Part shown: in pieces, positions 50,734 through 59,705 of the stretch
Layout: the number at the start of each line of letters is the position of its first letter
Numbering within the stretch: position 1 is the stretch's first letter
From: Promethearchaeia archaeon
Lineage (GTDB): Archaea > Asgardarchaeota > Lokiarchaeia > Sigyniarchaeales > SOKP01
Direction of reading: 5' to 3'
Assembly: GCA_046483985.1 (NCBI GenBank)
Contig: JAWOCD010000057.1
Location: forward strand, 64,001-128,000
Length of the DNA: 64,000 nucleotides
The notes under the pieces: generated by a model
The model's database searches: none
The model's input: only the letters and a program-made list of their open reading frames with translations
Told to the model about the DNA's origin: nothing
Made by a program: the position numbers and the translations under genes

Positions 50734-50897
50734 TGGATATATCGGGACAAGCCCGACGGATCCTCAGAGGATCGCTGACTAGATCGCGGTAAACGGCACA
50801 TGGTACACACCGACAACTTATACATAAGCAGTCCGCAGTTGCGCTCTGGTTATGTTACGGGCAGCATCTAGGTTTGCGTCAAGCCGAATTAAATCCA
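50734..50897 (-). ncRNA. Candidate structured non-coding RNA, family unassigned
   Basis: About 83/164 G+C within very AT-rich flanks; nested helices; G-U pairs favour the minus strand; followed by a U-tract. Confidence 0.65.
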
Positions 50898-50939
50898 TAG
50901 GTCTACATATTATAATTATCTCAAGAAAGGGATTCTCTT

Positions 50940-51752
50940 ATGAATGAAGACTCGCAAGAAAAATTGGAATATCTCACCAGTTCGGGGGTATACCGGACAT
51001 TCCATAGTGGTATGATAGTCTTAGAATTTTATTTTGGGATGATTGTGGTTATTCTCTCCAATTTATGGTATTGGAATTACTTATATTATTATTTCACGGG
51101 AAATTTAATATATCCTATGGAAATTATTGGCGGATTATGGTTCGAGATTATTATATTTATCTTATTACCTTTAAATATCTATGGAAATCTTTTTTTGTTT
51201 GGCATTTCGGTAATAATTTTTTCAGCAATGATATTTAAGATAATTAATCGAATCTATCCCCCACAAGAGGGAATTTTTATAAAGGGAAGTAAGGAGTGGA
51301 AGGCAATGCATCTTAGATACTGGACGGTTTATTTTCCTATATGGGTTGCCCGCGCACTACCCTTGCCATGGGCAGATATTCTCTGTTATCGGCTTTTGGG
51401 AATAAAGATAGGGAAGAACGTGGTATCTTATGAGGGGTATATTGATCCTTTATGGGTTGAAATCGGAGACCATACTATGACCTCCCTTCACATCTGTATT
51501 TTTTCACATCTGTTATACCACGATAAGGTATTTATAAAGAAAATAAAAATAGGAAAAAACTGTATAATTGGGCCTCATACTATCGTAATGCCTGGAACTA
51601 CTATTGAGGAAGAGGCAGTTTTGGGAGCAAATAGTTTTACCTCACCAGATCAATTTTTAAAGTCAGAATTAATTCATGTGGGAACCCCGGTAAATACGAG
51701 CATGTCCTTCCAGAGCGTGGAAGATACCCGAAAAAAAATTAAAAAAACTTAA
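50940..51752 (+). CDS. Membrane protein with a left-handed beta-helix (acyltransferase-like) domain
   Basis: N-terminal TMs; LGIKIGKNV, IKIGKNCIIG...VMPG hexapeptide repeats. Confidence 0.82.
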   Translation: MNEDSQEKLEYLTSSGVYRTFHSGMIVLEFYFGMIVVILSNLWYWNYLYYYFTGNLIYPMEIIGGLWFEIIIFILLPLNIYGNLFLFGISVIIFSAMIFKIINRIYPPQEGIFIKGSKEWKAMHLRYWTVYFPIWVARALPLPWADILCYRLLGIKIGKNVVSYEGYIDPLWVEIGDHTMTSLHICIFSHLLYHDKVFIKKIKIGKNCIIGPHTIVMPGTTIEEEAVLGANSFTSPDQFLKSELIHVGTPVNTSMSFQSVEDTRKKIKKT

Positions 51753-51798
51753 AGGAATTAAAACCTATTTTAGATTTTCTACGAAAAAGTGATGATAA

Positions 51799-52560
51799 AT
51801 GTTTCAGCCAGCAAGTTTGAAAGGTGATTCCCCGACACCAATAGATGAAAAAATCCGAAAAAAATATCTTTTCATATATTTTATTATCATCCTAATGAGT
51901 CTGATCCCCTCTGTTCTCTTCGAATATTACTATTTCATTCTACTATGGAAACCTGATTTACGGATTTATTTTTTTCTTTTATCTCCATTGAATATCATTT
52001 CTGTAATTTATATATTGCAATGCAGTGCCCTTATTATTTCCAAGATCGCCTTAACTCTCTGTAATTTACTCCATTATCCTAAAGAAGGAGTCTTTGAACG
52101 GAATATAAAAGATAAAGATTACTTATTTTGGAATATCCGAAATATAATTAAGAAATGGCCATTATATATAAGCGCAACAAATCCGTTCCCTTGGTTAAAA
52201 AACCGGTTTACCTTAAGATTCTTTGGAGTCAAAATTGGAAAAAATTGTATCTGTGATAATGCATGGATCTCTTCTGAATTTATAGAAGTCGGAAATAATG
52301 TAATCATCGGGATGGGGTCCACGATTTTAAGTTTTGGAATGGATCATAACAAATTTTTTTTGAGGAAAATCACTATCGAAGATAATGTGACAATTGGAGC
52401 TAAATGCGTTATTCTACCTGGTGCCCATCTTCAAGAAAATGTTAAGGTCTCCGCCCATTCCTACGTAAATTTTGAACAAAACTTACGTGAAAATGGGATT
52501 TATAAAGGACATCCAGTAGAGCTTAAAAAAGAAGATCATACAGGTGAAGTTAATGAATAA
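51799..52560 (+). CDS. Paralogous membrane LbH acyltransferase-like protein
   Basis: TMs, P.EG.F motif shared with the upstream gene, FGVKIGKNC, IEDNVTIGAKCVILPG. Confidence 0.82.
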   Translation: MFQPASLKGDSPTPIDEKIRKKYLFIYFIIILMSLIPSVLFEYYYFILLWKPDLRIYFFLLSPLNIISVIYILQCSALIISKIALTLCNLLHYPKEGVFERNIKDKDYLFWNIRNIIKKWPLYISATNPFPWLKNRFTLRFFGVKIGKNCICDNAWISSEFIEVGNNVIIGMGSTILSFGMDHNKFFLRKITIEDNVTIGAKCVILPGAHLQENVKVSAHSYVNFEQNLRENGIYKGHPVELKKEDHTGEVNE

Positions 52561-54145
52561 TACAAAAATTAAATTGGATTCAAAAATAAAGTCTGTTAAG
52601 AAGAAAAAAATCGTTTTATTGTCGGATACTCATATTGAACGACATAATTCCGCATTTAATTTGCATGCATTTAATGAAGGAATTAAAAAATTAAATAAAA
52701 TAAAGGACGTTGATTTATATCTTCATCTCGGTGATATTACCCATAATGGAACTTTAATCGAGTATGAATATGCTCAAGAACAAATAAATAAATTAGAACT
52801 TTTACCTACCTCTCCCTTACGATTTGTTATAGGAAACCATGATGCAAAGAATGTAGGTTATCTACTTTTTGAGGAATTCTTTGGAAATGGAAAAAGACAT
52901 TTTGAATATGAAAAAGAAGATATCTATATCATTGGAATTGATTCCACCAAACCTGATTTACCAGGAGGTGTCATCCATCACGACACAATTGATGCTGTGA
53001 GAAGAAGATTGGAACAGAGAAGAGATAAATTGCGGATTGTATGTTTCCATCATCAACTCCTTCCAATCCCCAATACAGGAAGAGAAAGGTCCGCCATAGA
53101 TGATTCGGGTAATATGCTGAAGATGCTCCTCGACCAAGAGGCAGATATCGTGATAAATGGCCATAGGCATTCCTCGAATTTATATTCTCTGAACAGCCCC
53201 CAAAAGAATTTTCACATACTCAATGCAGGAACCTTTTCTTGCAATAAGACCCGATACCGCGAACAATTTACTTATAATGTAATAGAAATTAAAGATCATC
53301 ATCTTAATTTCAAAGTGAGACCCATCTTAGAGCAGGGGATTAAGAAAGAGATTAAAAGAGATATTAAGAGATATCGCCTAAGAAAAGTAGATGAGGAGGA
53401 AGAACCTTACTTTAAACTCATCCAAATCACAAATACATTTATTACTGAGGATTCAAACGACAGCACTTTAAATTTTCTTAATGCAATAGATAAAATAAAT
53501 GGAATGGAAAATATAGATCTTGTAATTCATAACGGCAATCTCACGGGTAATAGTTTCAAAGAGGAATTCAAAACAGCCGCAAAATATATAGAGGACATTA
53601 AGGCTCCGTTTATAGCCTCTCCAGGATATTCAGATTCGAAACCTCCCGCGTGGGTTTATTGGAAAAATTATATCGGAGACCTCAACCCTATTTTTGAAAC
53701 GGAAAACTTTTATTTTCAAGGGATCAATTCGACCACGCAAGATTCAAAAGCAGGATTTATTGGCCGCAAGAAGATGAGAAAGTTGATGAATCAAGTACTT
53801 AACTACGGATACGATAAAATATATGCCGTGGGTTTTTATCATAGTCTAATCCCAACTCCTTTAAGTGTTTGGAGAAGTGAATTAATGGATGCGGGGGATG
53901 TTCTCTCTCAGTTTGCGCGCTCTCAAATAGCCTTAGTTTTTAATGGGTCTCCAAGTATTTCATTTAATGTAAAAATTGGAAACTCTATATTTTCAAATGG
54001 GGGAAACATCATGGGTGAACACTTTTCCCCCGTATTTAATGAAATAGAGATATATGAGGATGGTTTGGTCCGGCTAATTGAGCATAATATAGCAAAAGAT
54101 GAAAGTTCGATCATTGGAAAATATAGCATTCAGATTCCAGAATAA
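52544..54145 (+). CDS. Tandem metallophosphoesterase (first domain intact, second degenerate)
   Basis: SDTH, GDITH, GNHD, HH, GHRH in domain 1; the corresponding motifs are eroded in domain 2. Confidence 0.88.
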   Translation: MKLMNNTKIKLDSKIKSVKKKKIVLLSDTHIERHNSAFNLHAFNEGIKKLNKIKDVDLYLHLGDITHNGTLIEYEYAQEQINKLELLPTSPLRFVIGNHDAKNVGYLLFEEFFGNGKRHFEYEKEDIYIIGIDSTKPDLPGGVIHHDTIDAVRRRLEQRRDKLRIVCFHHQLLPIPNTGRERSAIDDSGNMLKMLLDQEADIVINGHRHSSNLYSLNSPQKNFHILNAGTFSCNKTRYREQFTYNVIEIKDHHLNFKVRPILEQGIKKEIKRDIKRYRLRKVDEEEEPYFKLIQITNTFITEDSNDSTLNFLNAIDKINGMENIDLVIHNGNLTGNSFKEEFKTAAKYIEDIKAPFIASPGYSDSKPPAWVYWKNYIGDLNPIFETENFYFQGINSTTQDSKAGFIGRKKMRKLMNQVLNYGYDKIYAVGFYHSLIPTPLSVWRSELMDAGDVLSQFARSQIALVFNGSPSISFNVKIGNSIFSNGGNIMGEHFSPVFNEIEIYEDGLVRLIEHNIAKDESSIIGKYSIQIPE

Positions 54146-54156
54146 TAAAATAATCT

Positions 54157-55392
54157 ATGGGAAAAATTAATATGAAAAAACCTCAACTATTAGACCTATA
54201 TAATCTCATTCTTATTCGTTATTCTGACGAGATCTGGTTAAAATCGATGAAGGTCAAAATGAGAATGATAAACCAATTGATGCAGAATATAAAAAACCAG
54301 TTAGAAGATGCCCAAATCAAATATCATAAGTACCAAGCCAGTAAGGACAACTCCCGGATTTTCTTCTTTTTTAAAAATCAAGACATTCCCGAGGCAGTGA
54401 AAGTCTTAAATCAAGTATTTGGCATATATTCATTCAGTCCTGCGCTCCGAACATCTGATAAAATAAAAAACATAATTGAGAGAAGTCTTGAAGTAGGTGA
54501 AAAAATTCTCGAAAAAGGAGACTCGTTTGCCTTAAAAGTAAAACGTTCAGGAGTCCATGATTATACGTCCCAAGATGTTGCCAGAATCGTGGGAAAAAAA
54601 GTATTGGATAATTTTCCTCATTTAGATTTGAAAGTGAATCTCTCGGAACCGGATAAAATAATCTATATCGAAGTACGAGATGATTTTAGCTACGTATTTA
54701 CTGAAATCATAGAAAGTGATTGGAGCGGATTACCCATTATGGCAAGAAAAAAAATGTTGGTCATGGACATTGGAAGGATAAATGATCTCTTAGCGGCTCT
54801 CTTATTGGCTAAAAGAGGAGGAAAATTATTTTTCTTACACTTTTCTATTCATTCTGATTCAACCAACCGAAATGTAAACCTTAAAAACCTCAAAATCTTA
54901 AGAGAATTCTTTCCATTTCCAGAGTTGCATATTTATCGTATAAACTTAATTGAAATATTACAAACTACTTTTGAAAAAATTCAATATCCAAAATATACCT
55001 GTGCTCTTTGTAGAGTAATACGTTTTAATCTCATAGAAAAATTTAAAAGAAAAATGGGGAGAGAAGAGGTCGGAAATATCCGGGTTATAATAGACGGATT
55101 AAGTCTGAATAATGACACATACTGTGCTGATTTTGTTGATCTGCAAACACTTGGCTTAAGTTCGGAATTTGTGGATCTCCCCATTTTTACTCCGCTAATC
55201 GGACTACATAAAGAAGATATTGGAGAACTTCTTTCAAAAATCCCCAAAAAGTTAAAACGATTTGAGTATTGTCAGTTGAAACCGAAAGATCAAGAGTTTA
55301 ATACAGAAGAAGTACAAAAACTTTATAATAAATTAGATTTAGATAAATCTCTCACAAATCTATTAGAGGATATTGAAATAATCGTGCTATGA
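54157..55392 (+). CDS. THUMP-domain ThiI-like protein with a degenerate PP-loop
   Basis: ILIRYSDEIWLKS, VFGIYSFSP, SFALKVKRSG.H, VNLSEPD..IYIEVR, CALCR; no SGGxDS. Confidence 0.8.
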   Translation: MGKINMKKPQLLDLYNLILIRYSDEIWLKSMKVKMRMINQLMQNIKNQLEDAQIKYHKYQASKDNSRIFFFFKNQDIPEAVKVLNQVFGIYSFSPALRTSDKIKNIIERSLEVGEKILEKGDSFALKVKRSGVHDYTSQDVARIVGKKVLDNFPHLDLKVNLSEPDKIIYIEVRDDFSYVFTEIIESDWSGLPIMARKKMLVMDIGRINDLLAALLLAKRGGKLFFLHFSIHSDSTNRNVNLKNLKILREFFPFPELHIYRINLIEILQTTFEKIQYPKYTCALCRVIRFNLIEKFKRKMGREEVGNIRVIIDGLSLNNDTYCADFVDLQTLGLSSEFVDLPIFTPLIGLHKEDIGELLSKIPKKLKRFEYCQLKPKDQEFNTEEVQKLYNKLDLDKSLTNLLEDIEIIVL

Positions 55393-55503
55393 AATAAAAA
55401 AGAATAAATTTTCTCTTTTATGGTCTATAAGAATCAATTTTTTAAGGAGATCCATATTTTAAATATAAGAAGTTATCGAAAAACTCATATATGTGTAAAA
55501 AAC

Positions 55504-55782
55504 ATGGCAGAAATAACATTAAATTTATTAAATATTTTTTCCCTCAAAACCGGTGAAAAAAAACTTAAGTATAAGGGGAAAAGAGTAAAGGACATCGTAA
55601 AAAAGTTTGTAAAAGAATATGGAAATGAATTAGATGACAAATGGCTCGGGAGATGGAATAAACTCTCCAAGGATATACTAATTTTGCTAAACGGAAAAAA
55701 TGTAGAAGAATTAAAAGGGTATAAGACAAAACTTAGTGAAGGCGATGAACTCTACTTTTCGGTGCCGCTTTCTGGAGGATAA
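55504..55782 (+). CDS. MoaD/ThiS/SAMP ubiquitin-like sulfur carrier
   Basis: ILLNGKN, L.EGDEL, C-terminal PLSGG; ATG at 55504 preferred. Confidence 0.9.
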   Translation: MAEITLNLLNIFSLKTGEKKLKYKGKRVKDIVKKFVKEYGNELDDKWLGRWNKLSKDILILLNGKNVEELKGYKTKLSEGDELYFSVPLSGG

Positions 55783-56352
55783 AACTCCATTCATAGTCTT
55801 AAAACTTAACTTCCGATGTAGGTAAAAGTTTTCTTACATCAATTACCGATCCTTAGCAAGATTTTAGGGCATATCCAACCGTATGTAACCGCAGATAATT
55901 GACTGTTGAATCTTAAATTAGTTTAGTTCCTCAAGCCCTCCTCAAGATTATTTTCCTCCTTCTTTTTTTCTTCAACCGTGGGTATAACATCGATATCAAA
56001 GTAATCCCATTCTAAGTTGAGGAGATTCAAGATCCTTATCAATAGTCTACCTACACAATATAAAAGAACTCTTCCACGGAGGGATTCGACATAATCAGGA
56101 GAAATTAGGAGGAAAGAAACAATTGGATAACAAACCTAAGATATACTATAGGTAAAATAAGTATTATGAACATTTATAAATCCTAAATGATTAGAAACTT
56201 ATAGATCTTAAACTTTGGAAGTTAAGTGAAAAATACTAATCAAATCAATAATTTAAAAAATGAAGATTGCTATTTTTTTATCAACAAAAATTATAATATG
56301 ATCTTGAATATTAGTAGAATCAACTAACAATAAATAAAAGATTGGAAATAAA

Positions 56353-57288
56353 ATGCCAAAAAAGATCTCTTTTTTAGGTCTAGATGCCGCGGGTAAGACC
56401 TCAATTATTACAGCAATTCAACAAAGGTTTGGGTTCGAAGAAGATGTTTCCAAATTAAAACCCACCAGAAGAATCGCGCGGGATTCATTTAAGTTTTTAG
56501 GAATTGATTTTATACGTGGTGATTTTGGAGGGCAAAAAAAATATAGAACCGATTATTTAGAACATCCCGATAAGTACCTCGGTGGAACAGATTTAGTCTT
56601 TTATGTTATTGATATTCAAGATAATGAGCGTTATATTGAATCAATGAATTATCTTGATAAAATCCTCCTATATTTAAAGGAACAGCAAATATATCCTCCT
56701 ATTACCATAATGTTTCATAAATTAGATCCCGACATTGCAGATGATGCCGAATTAAACCGAAGAATTTTGGTCTTAAAACAATCTTTAACGAAATATAGCC
56801 GGGATTTCGACCTATTATTTTTCGAAACCTCCATCTATGATATTAAGTCCATAATGGATTGTTTTTCAACATCCTTATCGTTATTGTTCGATAATTTAGA
56901 AATGGTATCCAATTTACTAATGGAAATAGGAAAGAATTACGATACGCTTCTGATTGCCTTATTCGATTCGAAGGGGATCACTATTGGTGAATATTATCAA
57001 CCCCATTTGCAGATAAAGGAGAAGGTTAAAATTTTCGATGTGTATCTCGAAGTTCAGAAAAGAATTATGGAACAAAATAAGAAGATATACGAGTTTGCGG
57101 ACCAATTTGAGAACGGAGAACGGTTTTCTGGGGTAGTGGAAGTTTTAACCTACGATGGATTTGATTTTTATCTCTTGTTTATCATTGAGGAGAACCAGAA
57201 AAATTTAAAGGACACCATCAACCTATTAGATAAAATAGAAGCGGCACGTGAGCAAATTGAAAATTTAATCCTTCAAGTAATTCAATAG
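56353..57288 (+). CDS. Rag/Gtr-like (Arf-related) GTPase with a C-terminal roadblock/longin-like domain
   Basis: GLDAAGKTS, PT, DFGGQ, HKLD, TSIYD; C-terminal alpha/beta domain (IALFDSKGITIGEY). Confidence 0.85.
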   Translation: MPKKISFLGLDAAGKTSIITAIQQRFGFEEDVSKLKPTRRIARDSFKFLGIDFIRGDFGGQKKYRTDYLEHPDKYLGGTDLVFYVIDIQDNERYIESMNYLDKILLYLKEQQIYPPITIMFHKLDPDIADDAELNRRILVLKQSLTKYSRDFDLLFFETSIYDIKSIMDCFSTSLSLLFDNLEMVSNLLMEIGKNYDTLLIALFDSKGITIGEYYQPHLQIKEKVKIFDVYLEVQKRIMEQNKKIYEFADQFENGERFSGVVEVLTYDGFDFYLLFIIEENQKNLKDTINLLDKIEAAREQIENLILQVIQ

Positions 57289-57300
57289 CTAGGACCTCTT

Positions 57301-58383
57301 TTATATATCAAATTCTTGACCAAAACCCTCTAACTCGTCCATCGTGGGGGGCTTTTGTTTTGTAATTTTATAGATGGCGGAATAGGTGGCTAATTTCCCG
57401 CACTCTTTTAAGATCTTTTTGAGGGAATTTACCTTTTTTTCCTCCAACAATTGATCAAGTTCAGCGTGATCCTCTACGAACTGGTAAAGTTTGGTTATAA
57501 ATCCCGCAGCATAACAATCACCTGCCCCAGTCCTGTCCACCACAGCATCTACCTCTATTCCTTCATAATGGATCTTAAAATCATCTGTTAAAATATAAGA
57601 ACCCTCTTTTCCAGCGGTATATACTCGGATCTTGGCATACTTATTGAATATGGCGTCCACCTCTTCTACAGAAATTTTCTTATCTAAGATAAAATAGGCA
57701 TCTCTTAGATTAAGAAAAAAAATATGGTATCGTCTGTTGATAAGGCGATTTAATTTATCGATGCTTCTAATTTTCTGGGTTTCTATATTAAAAGCAGTAA
57801 TTAATCCTTGATCTGCGGCTTTTTCAAAGATATTAATAAACTTTTTCGCAATAGGAGTAGAAAAAATTATTTTCCCGTTAGTAAAAATATCGGCTTTTAA
57901 ATCAACGCTTTGAAAGTTCATCTGATTCTTTAGATTAGGAGCGAGGTGAATTTTAGTGGTAAAATCTGATTTGATTATGGTACTAACTGGGGTAATCTCA
58001 TCAATCTTATAAATGTCGTCGGTATCGATCCCTAACTCTTCTAACTCAGGGTACATCCATTCCGAGCCTCTCCCCACAACTGAGACTAATTTTGTGGGAA
58101 CACCTAAATTCGCTAAAAACTCACTCGAATTATTTCCATTTCCCCCGCGCTTGAAGTAGCTGTTACCGATTATCTTCTTTGGAGTGTCCTCAAATCCTTT
58201 CTTCACCAGACGGGTTAAGACCTTTTTACTAAAATCATCGGGATTATATCTAAAGAAGGTTCTTAACCGATCAACGATTTTACTTACCAGATTTTCGTAA
58301 AAATCCGATTCATAATATAGGTCTTGATGGAGTTCCCCGACCACAACTACTCTATCCTTCAAAATCTTACCACTCTCTTCCAA
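57301..58383 (-). CDS. PfkB family carbohydrate kinase
   Basis: GGNGNN, DRTGAGDCYAAGF; true start is a TTG at 58383 or 58362 because the listed start lies inside the tRNA. Confidence 0.88.
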   Translation of the reverse strand: MEESGKILKDRVVVVGELHQDLYYESDFYENLVSKIVDRLRTFFRYNPDDFSKKVLTRLVKKGFEDTPKKIIGNSYFKRGGNGNNSSEFLANLGVPTKLVSVVGRGSEWMYPELEELGIDTDDIYKIDEITPVSTIIKSDFTTKIHLAPNLKNQMNFQSVDLKADIFTNGKIIFSTPIAKKFINIFEKAADQGLITAFNIETQKIRSIDKLNRLINRRYHIFFLNLRDAYFILDKKISVEEVDAIFNKYAKIRVYTAGKEGSYILTDDFKIHYEGIEVDAVVDRTGAGDCYAAGFITKLYQFVEDHAELDQLLEEKKVNSLKKILKECGKLATYSAIYKITKQKPPTMDELEGFGQEFDI

Positions 58384-58394
58384 TCTTAAAAAAG

Positions 58395-58476
58395 CGGCGA
58401 CGGAGGGATTTGAACCCACGAGCGCTTACGCGCACTGGCTCTCGAAGCCAGCGTCTTACCACTAGGCTACGTCGCC
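58395..58476 (-). tRNA. tRNA-Ser(CGA), no intron, CCA not encoded
   Basis: GGCGACG acceptor stem, CTGGC-TTCGAGA-GCCAG anticodon arm, long variable arm GCGCGTAAGCGC, GGTTCAAATCC, discriminator G. Confidence 0.95.
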
Positions 58477-58628
58477 ATTAGATTACATTGCCAAATTTCG
58501 GCTAAAATGCCAAACTTTTTACTTCTAAAAAAAATAAATAAACCTTGGTTCAATATCTATTTAAATTAAGAATAAAAAATATAAATTTTTTACGAGTTTA
58601 AAATTACTAGAAATTGATTTAGAGGTAA

Positions 58629-59690
58629 TTTAAAATCAACTCACCCACCTATAAACAACTGCCAAGTGCTTGTGGATTAAGTACTTTCTTGATGCTAATT
58701 AATCCAGAAAGATATCCGAAAATTAAAAGTTATTTAAATTCTTTATACGAAAAAATTAACTTCTTGGTTCCACGGTTCTCCTTGAAATTTGATTTATTAA
58801 AAGAATTTAAGTGGTCCATTGCTCTAAATTATATATTGTTGAAAGTACTTGACGGAAATCCCCTTTCGAAATTTTTAGAGAATAAAATGGGAGACACCTA
58901 CGTAAACTATAAAATCGTCTCTACGAATAAGTTAAACAATGAAAATAATAATATCGTAAGAAGTCTTCCCTCTTCCTTTTCGAACCTCTATTTTTCTTTT
59001 TTTGAAAGTTACAAGGTCAATCCCTATATAATGAGACAAAATCTACAATTTTTTCGAACCGATTTAGAACTCAAAGTCTTGTTTTATCTTTTTGGCGGGA
59101 AACCAGTTCAGTATAACAATGAACTAGTAGATATAACAGGAGGATTATATTTTGAAAGAAAGGATTTTAAATTCAGAACGGATACAGCTGAGAAAAAGTT
59201 AGGATTAATAGAAAAGCATCTGAATAGAGACTCAGAGAGATTACATTTTCCTATTGCTGCAAATTTTGAAAATCACTGGGTTGCAATCAATTCAATTGAA
59301 GGAGATAGAATAAGTTTTAACGATCCGGCAGTGGGTAAAAAACGTTGGGGTAAAATTAGTAAACGAATCCCAGAATCGTACCGATTTTATTTCTTTAAAT
59401 ATAATCCAGAGTCAATAGAACTTTTCAAGCCAAAATATCAGACCTATATAAACTCAGAAGTGGAAGAAGAGTTAAGGAAGGTCAAAACATTTACTAAACG
59501 TTTAGTATCACCGGCAGATCAAGAATTAGAATTAGATCAAGATATTATACCTGATAAGGTGATGAATGACGAAGGGGTAGAAAACGAAGAGGAAATAGAA
59601 GAACCAGAACTACCGAAAACAGGAGACGCATTTATGAAGGATTTAAAGAAACGGGTTAAGGAATCCTTTACAGATTATTCTGATTTATGA
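58629..59690 (+). CDS. C39-like (papain-fold) cysteine peptidase with an acidic tail; start codon non-canonical or mutated
   Basis: In-frame extension FKINSPTYKQLPSACGLSTF upstream of the listed TTG aligns with the paralog; HWVAI, NDP. Confidence 0.7.
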   Translation, partial: FKINSPTYKQLPSACGLSTFLMLINPERYPKIKSYLNSLYEKINFLVPRFSLKFDLLKEFKWSIALNYILLKVLDGNPLSKFLENKMGDTYVNYKIVSTNKLNNENNNIVRSLPSSFSNLYFSFFESYKVNPYIMRQNLQFFRTDLELKVLFYLFGGKPVQYNNELVDITGGLYFERKDFKFRTDTAEKKLGLIEKHLNRDSERLHFPIAANFENHWVAINSIEGDRISFNDPAVGKKRWGKISKRIPESYRFYFFKYNPESIELFKPKYQTYINSEVEEELRKVKTFTKRLVSPADQELELDQDIIPDKVMNDEGVENEEEIEEPELPKTGDAFMKDLKKRVKESFTDYSDL

Positions 59691-59705
59691 AATCCTTAGC
59701 GGAGT

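Noticed and set aside
50734-50897. Identification as c-di-GMP-I riboswitch, tmRNA, RNase P, SRP or 5S RNA; also a 23-codon plus-strand ORF (MVHTDNL...)
   Set aside because: Only short words match (GACGCAAA, CGGCUU); required cores such as the GNRA/receptor pair, tRNA-like ends and GAGGAAAGUCC are absent; the mini-ORF has no SD or other support
55790-56150. Hairpin GATGTAGG/CTTACATC sharing an 11-mer (TCCGATGTAGG) with the SECIS candidate, and a start-less minus-strand frame
   Set aside because: No AUGA core and no UGA-containing gene upstream; the frame has no start or recognisable homology; probably chance or decayed DNA
58384-58419. N-terminal extension MGSNPSVAAFLR of the PfkB ORF
   Set aside because: It is the T-arm and acceptor stem of tRNA-Ser read as codons
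58395-58476. tRNA-Sec
   Set aside because: Anticodon is CGA, not TCA, and the acceptor stem is a normal 7 bp
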